A stretch of 64,000 nt of DNA from Camelus ferus (taxonomy: Eukaryota). The stretch lies in NCBI RefSeq assembly GCF_009834535.1, contig NC_045696.1, positions 107,262,001 to 107,326,000 of the forward strand, written 5' to 3'. The notes below the pieces were generated by a model. The model was not told where the DNA came from and did no database searches. It worked only from the letters and a program-made list of their open reading frames with translations. Made by a program: the position numbers and the translations under genes. Of the stretch, positions 40,461 through 56,026 are shown piece by piece (the first letter of the stretch is position 1; each line of letters begins with the position of its first letter).

Positions 40461-41433
40461 GCTGATTACTTTGGGCCTTTCTCCTCTGCGCCACAGAAGA
40501 GACTCCACAGCCAAAATGACTGTTTCCCCAGTTCAGCCCCAACTGCTTTGGAAGCTTCCTTCTGATTTCTGCACCTGAAGATAGTCTTGCCAGCAGAAGG
40601 CTCTTGGGGGCGGGGATCGAAAAGGAAAACAAAACAAAACAAAAGGCCTGGAAATGGGGCCTGAGAGAAAAATGTGAGGCGTATGCTTAATTTGAGCCGC
40701 AAACCAAAATGAGCTGAGTCTGAGGGCCTTCGAAGTGCCCTAGTGCGTGGGTAGCTTCCCGTTTTGGCTGCGGTAGCCTTGCTGTGAGGAGGACAGTGAC
40801 CTTGGGTGTCAGGTCTGCCCTGCCACCTGCCATCAGGAAGTTGGTTCTACCCACACAGGCGCTGCACCACCACCACCACCACCACCCCCCACCCCGTCCC
40901 CTGCCTCATTCCTTCCCAGACCTCTGTGGCTCTGCTTAGGCCTTGCCGCCTCAGGGAAGCCTGTTGGATGAGGCACCCTTCACGCTGCACAGGTATTTTC
41001 CCCATCCAAGCTGTTGAAAGAGTCTGTCCATATCCCTATGTAGATTGTAAACTCAGTTAAATCCGGATTCAGTTTCTCCCTAGTGCCCAGCATATGATAA
41101 AGCATGAGCAATTATTGTTTAAGGCATTAATGCATCTTCCATTCCCCTTTTTAGTCCTGGCCCTGACTCTAAGTCCCAAGAGTTTACACTTTTCTCTATT
41201 TAACTTCAAAATTACTCATTTGAGTCCTGATAGATGTATGTGATTTGCTTGCCTTGTGAAATCACCTATGGTCCCTTCCCGGCCTCAAGTTGGCTAGGGC
41301 AAGTAGACCGTGAAACTCTGGGCCGCAGCTACTCTTGTGACTATATCCCATAGTTAGCATCTGAAGTGAATAGTGTAAGTGAATTTTGAATTTATTCTAA
41401 GGATCTAAATACCTTTGCATGTTTTATCATGGC

Positions 41434-41798
41434 TGCTATGGACTGAATTGTGTTCCCTACCAAAATTCATATGTTGATGTCCTAACCCCCAATGTGAATG
41501 TATTTGGAGATAGGGCCTTTAGGAGGTAATTAAGGTGATAAAGAGTGGGGTCCTAATCCGATAGGACTAGTGTCCTTATAAGAAAAGACAGCAGAGAGTT
41601 GCTCTCTATCTTCACAGTGAGAAGACACGGTGAGAAGGCAGCGATGTGCAAGCCAGGAAGAGAGCTCTCACCAGAAACTAACAATGCTGGCACCCGGATG
41701 TGGGACTTCCAGCCTCCAGAAGGGTGAGAAATTAAATTTCTGCTGTTTAAGCCACCCGTTTTGGCATTTTGTTATAGCAGCCCAAGCTGACTAATACA
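41434..41798 (+). mobile_element. MaLR LTR (MLT1A-like)
   Basis: tgctatggactgaattgtgttccc...ggacttccagcctccag...gcagcccaagctgactaataca. Confidence 0.9.
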
Positions 41799-44700
41799 AT
41801 AGTGTTATTTGTTGATATGTCATATAAAGTTTATAGATTGATATATTATTATGTTCATTTTTGAAGCAGGAGAAATCATTGTCCAGAGTTTGAAACTGTT
41901 TCTCCAAAGTCGCACAGTAAACTGTTAGCTACACCTGGCTCAATTCAATTCTAGTTACATATATAACATATGGGGTTGGGGGTGTGAATACAAATATAAC
42001 AGGTGAAATAATCCTTGCTGTCAGGTAGCTTATATCACTGCCTTAAGTGAGAAAAATAAACTCAGAAAAATACGCTGAAGTTATGAGTTTAGATTTTAAG
42101 GGAATATGTATTTTGAATGGGCCAATGATCTGAACAGACCCTTCACGAGATTTTGACCCAGATCTCTTGACTACTCTGTGCAACCTATTTACGCAATAGA
42201 AGAAGTAAGGAAGAGAGCTTTTTCATAAAAGGATTTTAGTTCCCTGTAAACATGTGTTTTCCTTTTTATTTTCCTTCAAGTTCCCTCATCACCTGTTCTC
42301 ACCAGAAACTCTTTTAAAAAAAAAAGAAACTGAAAAGATACAAGAAAAAGAGAAATAATTGAAGAAAAATAAGGAAACAGCAATGAGAGAGGAAAGCACT
42401 GGGTGGAAGGACAGATAGGCAGAAAGTTATGTATGAAAGTGCAGTATGGTATACTAAGAAAGAATGGAGTCCATGTTCCTAAGGGGTGGGAGTTGTCCCA
42501 GAGACCTGTCACATGCTCTGTCTCCCCAACTTCCAAATATAAACATGCGCTCTGCTTCTTCCTCTCTTTTAGCGGAACTCAAACCAAAAATGGAAATCAA
42601 CCCTGCCAATTAGTTTGGAGTAGACTAGAGACTAGCCAGAATCAGGCACGAACATTTAGGTCAAAAATTATGACCTATGGGCTGGAAATGGGGCCTCAGA
42701 TATGGGTAGCTAATCTATCTAGGATAAAAACATGTAAGCAGCTCACTTGATTCATCCCAAAGGAAAGAATTTGGGAAGAAAAGGAAAGGAAAAATGAGCC
42801 TCCATGTCTCAAGACCTTTCTCGGGAAACTATTGATGGCTTATAGTTAGAAATGATTAGAGAGAATGATCCGTAATCACTGTAAGGCAGGATTATTTAAG
42901 ACCAAAAACCCTACATACTAATCAGCAAGAAGTAACTAATCACAGGCTTGACTGTGAAGTATAGAAATTAGTGGGCCCTTGTAACTAAATTTAATTTCTG
43001 GATTGAATATTGTTAGGCTTTTATGGGAATTAATTCAACAAAACTTTATTAGTCCACTCTATGGAGGGCACTACAATAGGTCCCAGAGATCTAAAGATCA
43101 GTCTTAAACTTGAAGGAGCTCCACCTAATGTCAGAGAATGAGATTTAAACACATACTTATTATTTATATAGTAAATACAGCAATAGATATGTACAGGGGG
43201 ACATTAGGCCACAGTGGGAGGGGAGGTGTGTGGTCAGGCTAGTAGGCAGTTAAGTAGGCAAAAAAGAAAAGGGCTTTCCACATAGAGGAACCTGCATTAA
43301 AAAAGGATATTACACAATTGTAGAATATTGCTAGAGCAGAAGATGACTAAAAATGTATGCAAGAGTGGGTTATGCAAGTTAAGGACCATAGACTTTATTC
43401 TATAGGCAATGAGAAGCCATCACAGGGTTTTCTTTTAGCACTTTAAACTGTCATTCTGTTGTTTTCTGGCTGCCAGTGTTTCTGATGAGAAGCCAGCTGT
43501 AATTCTTAGCATATGTCTTTTCCTCTGACTGCTTTTAAGATTTTGTTTCTTTATCTTTGTTTATCAGCAGTTGCACTATGCTTCTAGGTGTGGTTTTCTT
43601 TGCATTTATGCTGCTGGAGGTTCATTTGTTTCCCTGGATCTGTGGATTGCCAGTTGTTGTTGTTTCCTTTAATCAAATTTAGAAAACTTTTGGCCGATGT
43701 TCTTCACATACTTTTTTCTGCCCCATTCTCTCTCTCTTCTGTGACTACACTTACACTTATGCTAGACTTCTTAGTCCTTAGTACAGGTTACCCCAGGCTC
43801 TGTTCTTTTTTTTTTTTAATTTTTTTCTTTCTGTGGTTCAATTTGGATAATTTCTATTGAGAACCAGTGATTCCTGAAAAGTCTGAATGTTAATATTTTC
43901 CCAAAAGCACAGACATCCTTCAAATGACTGTGAGTTCCTTGGGAGAATACTTGAAGGCATATTAGTCAAGAGAAGAGAAATGATTACAACAGAGAATTTA
44001 GTATTGGGTATTGATGAACTGGAAAAGCAAAAAGGGAACACTGAAGTAGCCCAATGTGATAACTGTACCCTAGGAGTAGTAAAAAAGAGAAATCAAGGTT
44101 GAACCATCAGGTCTCAGGAGCTCAGAGGAATGACCCTAGCTGCCTGTAGCTCGTACCCCTGGGAGGATGCTGTCCAGCTGGTCTCACTACTACTGAAAGG
44201 GATATGATGCGGCTGAGTGGGGGGTGGAGGAGTGACAAAAGAAGCTCAAGGCTGAGATCAATTGCTGTTTCTGGGGCACAGGGCTGCTAGTTATTCTTGA
44301 GGTAACAATGACAAAAACTGCAAGCAAACAGAAAGGAGGATGTCTTTTTCCCACTTCTCCTGTCTTCCGGTCTCCCTCTAATGCCCTTTATTGGTGGACT
44401 CTAGTGAGACGCCATCTGGCATAGGAAAAAAAATGTAGTTTGCCGGATCTGAGCCATAGGATCACAGAGGAAAGTATAGATGGGTGAATTTGAAGTTAAG
44501 ATAGCTCAAAAAAAATTGTTTAATAGCCAGTACCATATCAACATTTGCTTGTGCTAAATCAGTAAAAATGTCCGAAATTAGACCCAAATTAATGCTACTT
44601 TATATGCTTTTACACTGTTAGGTTCTTTTGAAAAGAATCTCAGGACAAAGTGTTGTATCAGTTTTCTGTTATACTATGATTATTGTTAGTGTCTTTTTCA

Positions 44701-45267
44701 GGGATAAGGAGTACCTTTACTGCAGCTCACACTTGTACTTGCTACAAAATCATAAACAAGGGCAGATTTGGAGATCTGCATAACTAAGGTAGACCCTCCC
44801 CAGCATTAGGTCCCCACTATCAGGCACAAAATGGCATAGACTAAGTAGAACTAGCAATGATCCAGTCTTCTCCCTATCTCCATATCCTACGCTTTGCCTA
44901 ATGTGGCCATAGCATGGGCCACATTTCCAATTTTCTGTTCTAAGAGGACAAACCACCACTGTCATTGAAAAACCACTCCTTTTCTTTGTTCCCTCTTTCT
45001 TATCTCAACTCAAGCTCCCTCACCCAGCCCAATCACCTCTTGTTTTCTAACGCAAATAGATGACAAAACATAGCTCGGTATTCAGCATTTCACCTAATAG
45101 ATTTTTGAATATTGAAGGATCTTTGTTGAACATTTATAGAACATTGAGCATGAACATTTTCTAATTTTTGAACCTTAGGACCATAAATGTTCCATCTGAA
45201 AGGGGTGATTTCTTCAAGTCTTATGTTCTTTAGTTATTGAAGTTAACATTCTCTACCACAATTACCT

Positions 45268-45273
45268 TTTATT
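45268..45273 (-). terminator. SLC35G2: Candidate polyadenylation signal (AATAAA) of SLC35G2
   Basis: tttatt on + strand ~215 nt downstream of the stop codon in an AT-rich 3'UTR; an alternative ATTAAA lies at 45313-45318. Confidence 0.55.
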
Positions 45274-45485
45274 ATTAACATGAAGATACCAAGTTCATGA
45301 TATTTCACATAATTTAATATTTGTTTTTTAATATATTAGATTAGAATAAGCTTTTCTACATCTGCATATATTAATCATATATAGCATTCTGTCAGTTATA
45401 CAACACAAAAACTTTGATAGGTGAACATTAAATGGCAGTGTACTTATTAATAACTCAACATTAACAAGATCATAATCAAGTATAT

Positions 45486-46736
<1,251 letters not shown>

Positions 46737-47831
46737 TCAATTCTATTTAAGAAGGAAAAAAAGACAAATGTATTTGTTCAATCAGATGAAATATAGTTCT
46801 AATTTCTATTATAATCATATGTACTAATTTAAAAATAGAAAGTAGAGGTTGTAACAAGAGTTTTTAAAAAGTAATAGGAAGAGATGATCTGGTAATATGC
46901 CTTATCAGATGTATGTGGCCCAATGGAATTGTCTATCCTTTTTTCACTCTCATCTTGCTTCTGTCCCATTTCTCATTCTGCTTTTTCTTTGTCTCCTTCA
47001 GCTCTATTTCCTTTCTTTACATCACAAACAACTGACATTTTTCCATTTTTTCATTCCTACCTCTCTACCCATCCGGGAAGAAAAACAGAAAAATAAATAA
47101 CAATTTAGATCAAACCTTTCCTTCTCATTGTGTCCATTTGTCTATATTATAAACTCTAAGTGGATAAGTCCAAATTATTTTGCATAATCACTTCTGTATG
47201 ATACCAAAACTTGCCTCATATTACAAATTATAGTGATTTTTTAAAAACATTTATTCTGGCTTCCCATACATCTTCAGATATATAGATACACTGAAATTAG
47301 AAAATAAGGTGGATTTAGTGACATTCATGCATTGTTGCTATGTACAGATTTTCTTATGAGCAATTGGGCAATATGTGTAAGATTTTAACTGAAACTACCC
47401 TTTAATTCAGCAGTATCATATCTAAGATTTTACCCTAAAGAGATGATCACAAGATGCTTTTTACTTTACGTGTTTTAAGAAAGGAAAAAATAAGAATACA
47501 TACCTGTATTTGCATATATAACATAAAAAGTATAACATAAAGTAATTATGGAAAGATACAAAGGTAACTCATAATCATTGGAGTGGGACAGGGAACAAGA
47601 ATGGAAGAAAATATTTTTACTCTATACTTTTTAATGTATTTTTTGAATCATGATAATTGTTTAAAACTTAAATTACAAACTAAAAAAAAGTTAATCTGTT
47701 ATTGATAAAAAGAGAGCATACACAAAAGTGTGGGAAAAATGTATGAATGGGAGAGTTCATTGTAGCTTACTAGAATGACCCTTCATACAATGGAATACTA
47801 TGCTATGCATCCATTCAAAATGACAACACAG

Positions 47832-47989
47832 GGGCAGGAGGGTGTAGCTGTGTAGTAGAGCACATGCTTAGCATGCACGAAGTCCTGGGTTCAATCCCTA
47901 GTCCCTCCATTTAAAAAAAAAAAAGTAAATAAATAAACCTGATTACCTCCTGCCAAAACAAAAGCAAAAGTAAATAAATAAATAAATAA

Positions 47990-48024
<35 letters not shown>

Positions 48025-48259
48025 GGGGGGAAGGGGGGTGGGAGGGGATAAAGTGAGAGTTAGAGATTTGCAGATACTAACTGATATATATAGAATAGAT
48101 AAACAAGTTTATGCTGTATGGCACAGGGAACTATATTCAATACCTTGTAGTAACTTATGGAGAAAAATATGCAAACGAATATATGTATGTTCATGTATAA
48201 CTGAAGCATTGTGCTGTACAACAGAAATTGACACAACATTGTAAACTGACTATACTTCA

Positions 48260-48310
<51 letters not shown>
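47832..48310 (+). mobile_element. Vic-1-like SINE + (TAAA)n + L1 3'UTR + (TA)n composite
   Basis: SINE head 47832-47910, (TAAA)n to ~48023, L1 3' end 48025-48263, (TA)n to 48308; aacacag flanks both ends (47825-47831, 48311-48317). Confidence 0.8.
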
Positions 48311-48311
<1 letters not shown>

Positions 48312-49335
48312 ACACAGATCTTTATTGACATAGAAAGATGTCCATGACATATAGCTGAGTGGGAAAAATGTTAAGGTTGTTGTAAGAATTAAATGAAATA
48401 ATGCATATAAAGGATTTGCCACAGTGCTGGCATATAGTAAACTTTCAGTGAATATTAATAACTCCAGCTTCTTTTCACCTATAATTAACTCTTTTGAAAC
48501 ACTGGGTGTCTTCTACAATGTTACTCTTTCTTTGAGATCTGTATTTATTCATTCAGTTCTCTTTAGTTTTCTCCTCTCTCCCCAAGAAAAATTTCTAATT
48601 TCCTTCCCAATGATTTCTCCCCTCCCCCCTAAAAAATTAAAATAAAAAAAAAAAGAGGAAACTTTTTTTTTGGTCCTCATAACATATTTCCCGTTCCTTG
48701 CCAAGAACTCACCAGTTCCAGGATCTTAAACCATGGTCCAGAAATCAAATCCCATTTTTGTTCTTTAATACCATCTGGGTAAGCCAACTGTTCCATGCCT
48801 GTTTACTCCTTTCTCTTCTAAATGACACCACCTTCAGTTTGAAGAATCATTTGAAAAAACACCACCTGTGCCTCCAAGCCTTTCAGATCCTAGCCTGTAC
48901 CTCCCACTTGTAGTCCTTTATGCATCTTGTATCAGGCTAATCTGGATGCTCCCTTTTTTAAACTTTTATCAGGATATTTTCCCTTCACATCATGACCTTA
49001 CCTTCACTAATAGTCTTGATCTTCCAAATAGATTTTCCTTCCCTAATTTCCTCACCTATGTTTGAAATACCACCATTTTTCTAGTTCCCCAAGCTAGAAA
49101 CCAAGAAATACTCTGAATTAGCCTTTTTGCCATCACACTTTCATTTAGTCATCAATCTTACTGTTTTTGTCTTTGAAATATTTCTCAGAGTTTTCATTTC
49201 TCCTCCAATTCCATTTTACCTTTGTGATTCTGGATCGAGTTTTTGTGAATTCCCATCTAGAATATTGCAACAGCATCCTAACTAGCCCCCTTGAATCCCA
49301 GTTCTTCTCCCCTAAAATCCAACTATACATACCAC

Positions 49336-49337
<2 letters not shown>

Positions 49338-49372
<35 letters not shown>
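49338..49372 (+). repeat. (CA)n microsatellite
   Basis: Direct reading. Confidence 0.95.
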
Positions 49373-49374
<2 letters not shown>

Positions 49375-50208
49375 CCACTGTCACTTAATGCCTTTAAAAG
49401 ATTCAAAACAAAACAAAAAATTCCCTCAAGCTTTCCCCACCCAAGAACCTACAAGATTTCCTATTGACAACTTCATTGAATCTCAACTCCTCTGCCTAGC
49501 TCTGAAGACCTTTCCTAGTCTAGCCCATATCAATACTTAGCTCCTTAACACACATACTTTGTTCTGATCAATCCAGTCTCCTCCCTGTCCCCACTCTTCA
49601 CATGTACATATCACTTCTCTAAGCCTTTATTCTCACTAGCTTACCCTCTGCTCCAACTTTCTAAACATTTCTCATCTTTTACGAAGGCCCAGTCCAAATT
49701 CTGCCTTTTAGAAACAAGCCTTCCCTGACCACTCTAGCCACTTATTTTTTTCTTCCTTGTTTAACATCTGTAGTAGTTCTAATGTTTGTAATCTCATCGT
49801 TTTATTACTTAGTTGTCTCAACTCAGTGGAATTTTGTCTCCAGTCATTGTACTCAAATTTGTGGTTAAATTTCCTTTCCTCAGTGGTCAGCAAGTATAAC
49901 GACATTTCAGTTAGATCCCATAACTTCCAATTTGCTGTTCATCATTAAACTTGTGTCTTATATACATTCACAGCTTTCCCCTTCCTACTGCAGACCAGAT
50001 TTGTAGCCCCGGGGGCATGAATAGGGAGAGGCTATAGTCTGCTGTATTATTCCTTCTCCCTTTCCCTTCTTTTGGAGTCCGTGGGAGGGCAATATGGTCT
50101 GCCTTTGGGACATCTCCATCTCCTTCTACAAGGCTCCAGCTCCCCTGATGTGTTGGCACAGGGAGGACAGAAAAGGAAAGGACACATATCTCATATATTG
50201 GCTGTTGT

Positions 50209-50656
50209 TGTATGATGGGCTTTTGATGTATACATAAACTTGGCTAAGCTGAACTACATTTCTCAGTTATTTGATCAAACACTAATCTAGGTGTTGTTAT
50301 GAAGGTATTTTGCAGATATGATAAAACTCTAATCAGCTAAGTTAATAAAAGAAAGACTATCCTGGGTGGGCCTGACCTAAACAAGTAAGCCCTTTAAAAA
50401 AGAGCTTTAGGCCTTCTTCCTTCAGCTCAGAGATTCCAAACAGTTCATGCCATTGGGATTCCAACCTGCTCATTACCTTCCTTTCCTTACTGCCTGTAGA
50501 CAAGAAGCTTCATCCTGTGCTCATGGGTTACAACATGATATAAGATCTTTCCTTTCTGTCTGCCCACAGACTTCAGACTTCCTTATCCAGCCCCCACAAT
50601 TACATTTAATAAATCTACTGGTTCTGTATCTCAGGTTGAATGCTGACTTTAACACA
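50209..50656 (+). mobile_element. ERVL LTR (MLT2-like)
   Basis: aacttggctaag...tcaaacactaatctaggtgttgttatgaaggtattttgcagat...gggtgggcctgac...ctactggttctgt. Confidence 0.75.
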
Positions 50657-52555
50657 TGGTGAAATTCTCTTTGATTGTTGTCTTTAGTTTCTCTGCTAAC
50701 TCTGATAGGCCACTGATACTCTCTAGGTTGCAGGCATCCAAATGCAGGCTATCTTGCATAAATTTTGTAGAGTCTCCCCAGTGCACAAGTCCCTGATGTA
50801 GGAGAGTCTCCTGCCCTGGGGCTATAGCCCACAGATTTTTGCTGCTTGGGTCCTATTGCCTGGGGGGCAGCTCTCTTGGTTGGGCACCAACAGTATTCAC
50901 TTGACCCTGGGAAAGTCACAGATCCTTACCACTTCAATGAGTGCATAAGCCACTCACTGCTGGCCCCTTCTCTCCAATTTTATTTCTCTTTGTTCAAGCA
51001 AGCAAAGAGCAAATGTACTGTCTAAGCAGACTTCCAATTGGAGAATAAGAAAGCACAACCAGTCATTGTAAATAATGATCTGATAACGTTCACCCTCAGT
51101 TGGCTTTAAGGGGGAACATCCTCCTCCCCTCCCCATTAGGAAAAAGCACAACTGTATCAATCTGAAATGCTGGACACAAATGGATTAAAAGGATGCAGTT
51201 TGGTGACTGCTGGAACAATGGGCACAATTTAGTGTGGCAAGACTGAAAGCAGTATTTGTATCCAAAAGAGATACTGTTTCCTAAACTATATCCCACAACA
51301 TAAGGCCCAAGATCACTTTTCTCCTAAGGCTGAGAAAATTAACACTGCCATCCCTACTGTCTTGGTAGGAATCCTTAGGGCAGTCCTCTTATGGTGCCTA
51401 AGGCTAATGCCATTTGGTAATAGTGGTAATAAGACTTTCTTTAGTTACCAGACTGATCCCTAAAGTGGTAAACAAAACAAAACAAAAAAAGTCTTAGATA
51501 TAAAGCTGACTAATGCAACTTGATTATAATATAGTGGTTTAAATGTAGATATTGATGTGATTTTTGACATTCATGAATCAGATTACTAAACATCAAGAAC
51601 TAATCGGTTACTACCTGAGCAGCCTAGTCCTGAGATACTTTATTACCCCAATGTGCTTGGACAGCCTTTCTCCTGAATAAAAATGAAAAGACTACACCTA
51701 ACTTGTCACCTGAAAGGGAAGACACAACAACCATCTTTCCAGGATATTGAGAAACATCAGGACATGCATAGGATCTGTGCTGTTCAACATACCTCCTGAG
51801 ACCTACCAAGAGAAGCCATTCACACTTCCAAACTGATGAAAAGGGGCCCATATTGTGAGGCCCCAAAAGCTGTGAGTATGATTCTACCCATCCTTATGAT
51901 GAACCCTGCCTGGCAGAAACTTCAGCATCCCTCTTGGAATAAGGATTCTTCTCTCTCTTCCCCACTACAACTCAAGAGGATCAGGAGGACTAGAGGAAGC
52001 ATTTAAGTTTGCTTATAGTTTACTAATACTCTTTAGGTCTGTATCTTTGTGTAAAGGCCCGCTGCTTTAGAGGAAAAAGAACCTGCTTCTAAGCTCCAAC
52101 CTCTGGAACTAGAAAATTCGTTCTTATATAAATGAATAAAGTAGAGTTTGAAAGACAAGAATAATGATAATAAGTGAGAAATAACAGAGTAGAAGGTAAA
52201 AAGAACACACCCTTTCTTAAATCAGTCACACTTAGGAAATCAGGGACTTGTGAAGAAGTATGTGTTTGCCCTTCTTAGAAGGTATGATAATATTCATGTT
52301 GCATGTAAGTGGCAGATGATCAAAATGAACCAAGTCTATAATCAAATCATGAAACTGAACAGTTTTATGAAGACGTAAAAGAAGGGCTATAAGAAAAGTT
52401 AATCGTGTAAGATTTCAAATACTCAGATTATAAAGGAACCACCATGGGTAAATTCAACCCAAGGGAAGAAAAGAGAAGACTTACAATTCAACCAAAGGAA
52501 AGAAAAGAGAAGAATTACAAACCAACTGAATCTCTATAAAAATATAAAAAGAAAA

Positions 52556-52698
52556 TACGTAATGAAAAAGAATATGAAAAGGAATATATGCATGTATATG
52601 TACGACTGAAACATTATGCTGTACACCAGAAATTGACACAACATTGTAAACTGACTATACTTCAATAAGATATGTTAAAATTAATAATAATAATTTTT
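52556..52698 (+). mobile_element. Short L1 3' end with TSD
   Basis: gctgtacaccagaaattgacacaacattgtaaactgactatacttcaataa; flanks aaaatataaaaagaaa / aaaatataagaagaaa. Confidence 0.8.
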
Positions 52699-54039
52699 AA
52701 AATATAAGAAGAAATTTCAGAGCAACCTGGACAGAATCATTCTAAGTCAGATATATTACTTAGGACAGATATACCATATGTAGTGGCAGAAATTGCAATT
52801 AAACTAGCACTCATATTGCATCAGATTATTGCTTGACAAACAATCCATCTACATCTCTCTTAGGAAAACAGAAAATAAGGCACATAATCAGTCCCTCCTT
52901 TGTAACACTTAGATTAAAGCATCCTTGCAATAGCTACCATAAAGAGACTAAGACAAGATCTTGATTTAGCCAGAGATCATGACAACATTTTCAGCCCTAA
53001 TGGAAACAATCAGAATTAGTATAAAAGCAAGAATGGGACAACAAATAGAAAAAAGAAAGGCAAAACTAATGGCTCTAAAATCCAGAGAAAACAAAGGGAA
53101 ATATGAAAGAAGTCAGTAAAAACAATACTATAAACAGCCAGACATATTCCCCTTCACATGTGTACAGATAATGTGCTAAGAAAAATACAGGTCAACTCAG
53201 CTTTGAGAGAAAGTGAAATCTTAGGAGGTTTTAGAGTTGAGGAGCATTGGGGAAGGGTGGAATACTAAAAATTTGGAGAAAGCTAATGATCTACCTCACT
53301 CTGAACTGAGAGAACTTAAAAGGTAAAGGAAGGTACTCACTTTAGGAAACTAATTCAGTATATATCATTGAACACTCTATGTGAAGGGTACCAAGTAGGC
53401 CACATGGAGCAGGTCAGTAGGTTCTACTGTTGAACAGAATTTGTTCCAAAGTTTAGTCCAGAATTTTGTTACATAGTATCCCAAATTCGTGTCTCCTCCT
53501 TGCTCTTCTCTCACTCTTTCCTCTTCCCAGTCCCCTCCCTCTTTCCCCATCTTACCTTCTCAACTTTATTCCTGTCCCCTACAGACACAGCCCTGTCTGA
53601 CACCCCAGCCCAGAAGTAACTACCACTTATCCATGTGAATGGTCTCAGGAAAAATGATATTTATTTTGTTGACTTAAATGACAAAGCATTAATACTGTCA
53701 GAATCATATTCTGCTTTCATAATAGAATAAACTATTTTCATTTTCCTGAAATCGTAAGTTTTCTGACAGGAAATAGGAGTGATGATGACAAAATATCTGT
53801 TCAGAAAGTAGGAGAAAAGCCTCAGTCATGTGACCACCCCTGCCACTAGAACTCCACCCTAAAAACTAGCCTCCTGCCATCCAAACCAAAATGTACACAT
53901 GTCACCCCTCTGAACCTTTTCCCTGTGCCATTTGGTACTTAGCCTCTGCCTCTTTTCATTATTTTATTCTCTTCATGTATGACATGGTGAAGTTTTAAAA
54001 AAGTAGTGGTTCCTCAGTGTGTGTTTGAAGGAAGAAAAG

Positions 54040-54490
54040 CAACCTAAGTGCCCCAACAGATGAATGGGTAAAGAGCATGTGGTATATCCATAAAATTGAG
54101 TATTATTCATCCATAAAAAGGAATGAAGGTCCAATACATACTACAACATGGATAAACCTTGGGGACATTATGTTAACTGAAATAAGCCAGAAACAAAAGG
54201 ACAAATATTGTATGATTGCACTCATATGCAGTATTTAGAATAGGCAAATTCATAAAAAGAAAAAATAGATTAGAAGTTACCAGGGGCTTGGGTAAGGGGG
54301 AATGGGGAATTATGGCTACAGAGTTTCTGTTTGGGGTAATGAAAAAGTTGGAAATAAATAGTGGTGATGGTTGTGTGATGTGAATGTAATTAATGCCATT
54401 GAATTGAACATTTAAAAATATGTTAATATGATAAGTTTTGGGTTATTTGTATTTTACCACAATTTTTAAAAATAGGAAAAAAAAATAAAA
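54040..54490 (+). mobile_element. L1MB-like 3'UTR
   Basis: aacctaagtgccccaacagatgaatgg, aactgaaataagccagaaacaaaaggacaaatattg, tattttaccacaat. Confidence 0.85.
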
Positions 54491-54795
54491 GAAAGGGGGA
54501 AAAAGGAGTGATTCCTCCATTGTGGGTTAGGGAAGTGGGGATGGCAATGCTAGGCATTGGTATTTTTAAAAACCTCCCATTAATCCTAATGTATAATTTT
54601 ATTGTGCAAGAATCACTTGACTAGATTATCTAAAGACATTTCTGGCTTTAAGATTTAATGAATCTATGACTGCTGCATTAATTAATTAAGACAGAGAGTG
54701 ACACAAGAATTGAAATTTTTTTAAACTTGGATACTGAACCCAGACTGTCTGAATTTGAATCTTAGCTATAGAACTTATTAAATGTGTGAACTGGG

Positions 54796-54933
54796 GTGGG
54801 GAGGATGTACCTCAGTGGTAGAGTGCAAGCTTAGCATGCACAAGGTCCTGGGTTCAATCTCCAGTACCTTCATTAACAAATAAATAAATAAACCTAATTA
54901 CCCCCCCAAATTTTTTTAATTAATTAAAAAAAT
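54796..54933 (+). mobile_element. Vic-1-like SINE inserted into a MIR
   Basis: ctcagtggtagagtgcaagcttagcatgcacaaggtcctgggttcaatctccagtacc; MIR sequence on both sides. Confidence 0.85.
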
Positions 54934-55612
54934 TATAAACTCGGGCAATTTATTTAACCTCTTTGCCTATTTCCTCTTCTGTAAAATTTCAATAATAATA
55001 GTATTACCCCATCGGATAGAATAAAAATATTAAGTCAGTTAATATATACAAAACACTTAGTATCTGGCACTTAGCAAGTGCTCAATAAACTTTAATTCTT
55101 TATTCACATAATTCTGTCTGCCTGGAATGACCTATTCCTCCCCCTTTCTGTCCTTGTCTACCTGTAGGCTTCACATCAGTGCTTCAGTAGTGTTCCCTCA
55201 GGTGTTACTTCCTCCTATGCAAAGTCTTCCCTGGCCTCTCAAATCTTTGTGCCCCATTGTCCCTGCATTCATTTGTTTATATCCTGTCTTTCTCACCAGA
55301 CTGTACACATCTTGAAAGCAGACTTTCCCACCATTATATGCTTGGCCCCTAACACAGTGTCTGGCACATAGTGGCACTCAGTTTTGTTGGATGGAATGGA
55401 ATGGACTTGAAAAGCAAGAAGAGGGAGACATGGAATGATGTTGACTACTGACATCTCCATAGGATCTTATAGGCCCATATATCCATATTTGCTCTCAGCA
55501 TCATTGCTTAATCAGTGGTAGACTTAGGTAACCAAAAACCTGTAGTTTCCCTTGATCATTCAAACTACAGAAATATTCAGAAGAACTCTCTCTATCCTCT
55601 GCCTTTAACCTC

Positions 55613-56026
55613 TTTATTAGTCAGATTTCTCCAGAGAAACAGAATTAATAGGATGTAATTACATATGTACATATATAGACACACACACATCTATAGAAAG
55701 AGGATAATTTTAAGGAATTGGCTCATGCAATTATGCAGTCTGTCACAACCAAAATCTTCAGAGTAGACCAGCAGGCTGTAGACCCAGGGCAGATTTGCAG
55801 TTCAAGTCCAAAGGCAGTCTGCTGGCAGAATTCCTTATTTTCAGGGAATGTCAGTTTTTCCTGGTAAGACCTTCAACTGATTGGATGGGGCCCACCCCCA
55901 TTTTGGAGGGCAATCTCCTTTACTTAGATACACTGATTTAAATGTAAATCTCATCCAAAACACCCTCACAGAAACATCAGCATAATCTTTGACCAGCCAA
56001 GTTGACACATAAAATTAACAATCACA
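55613..56026 (-). mobile_element. ERVL LTR (MLT2-like)
   Basis: tctccagagaaacagaa...taaggaattggctcatgcaattatg...ccttcaactgattggatggggccc...caagttgacacataaaattaac. Confidence 0.85.

Noticed and set aside
39271..40702. Cluster of overlapping GC-rich ORFs up to 171 aa
   Set aside because: Expected stop-codon depletion in a CpG island; low-complexity R/P/G/A products with no recognisable domain.
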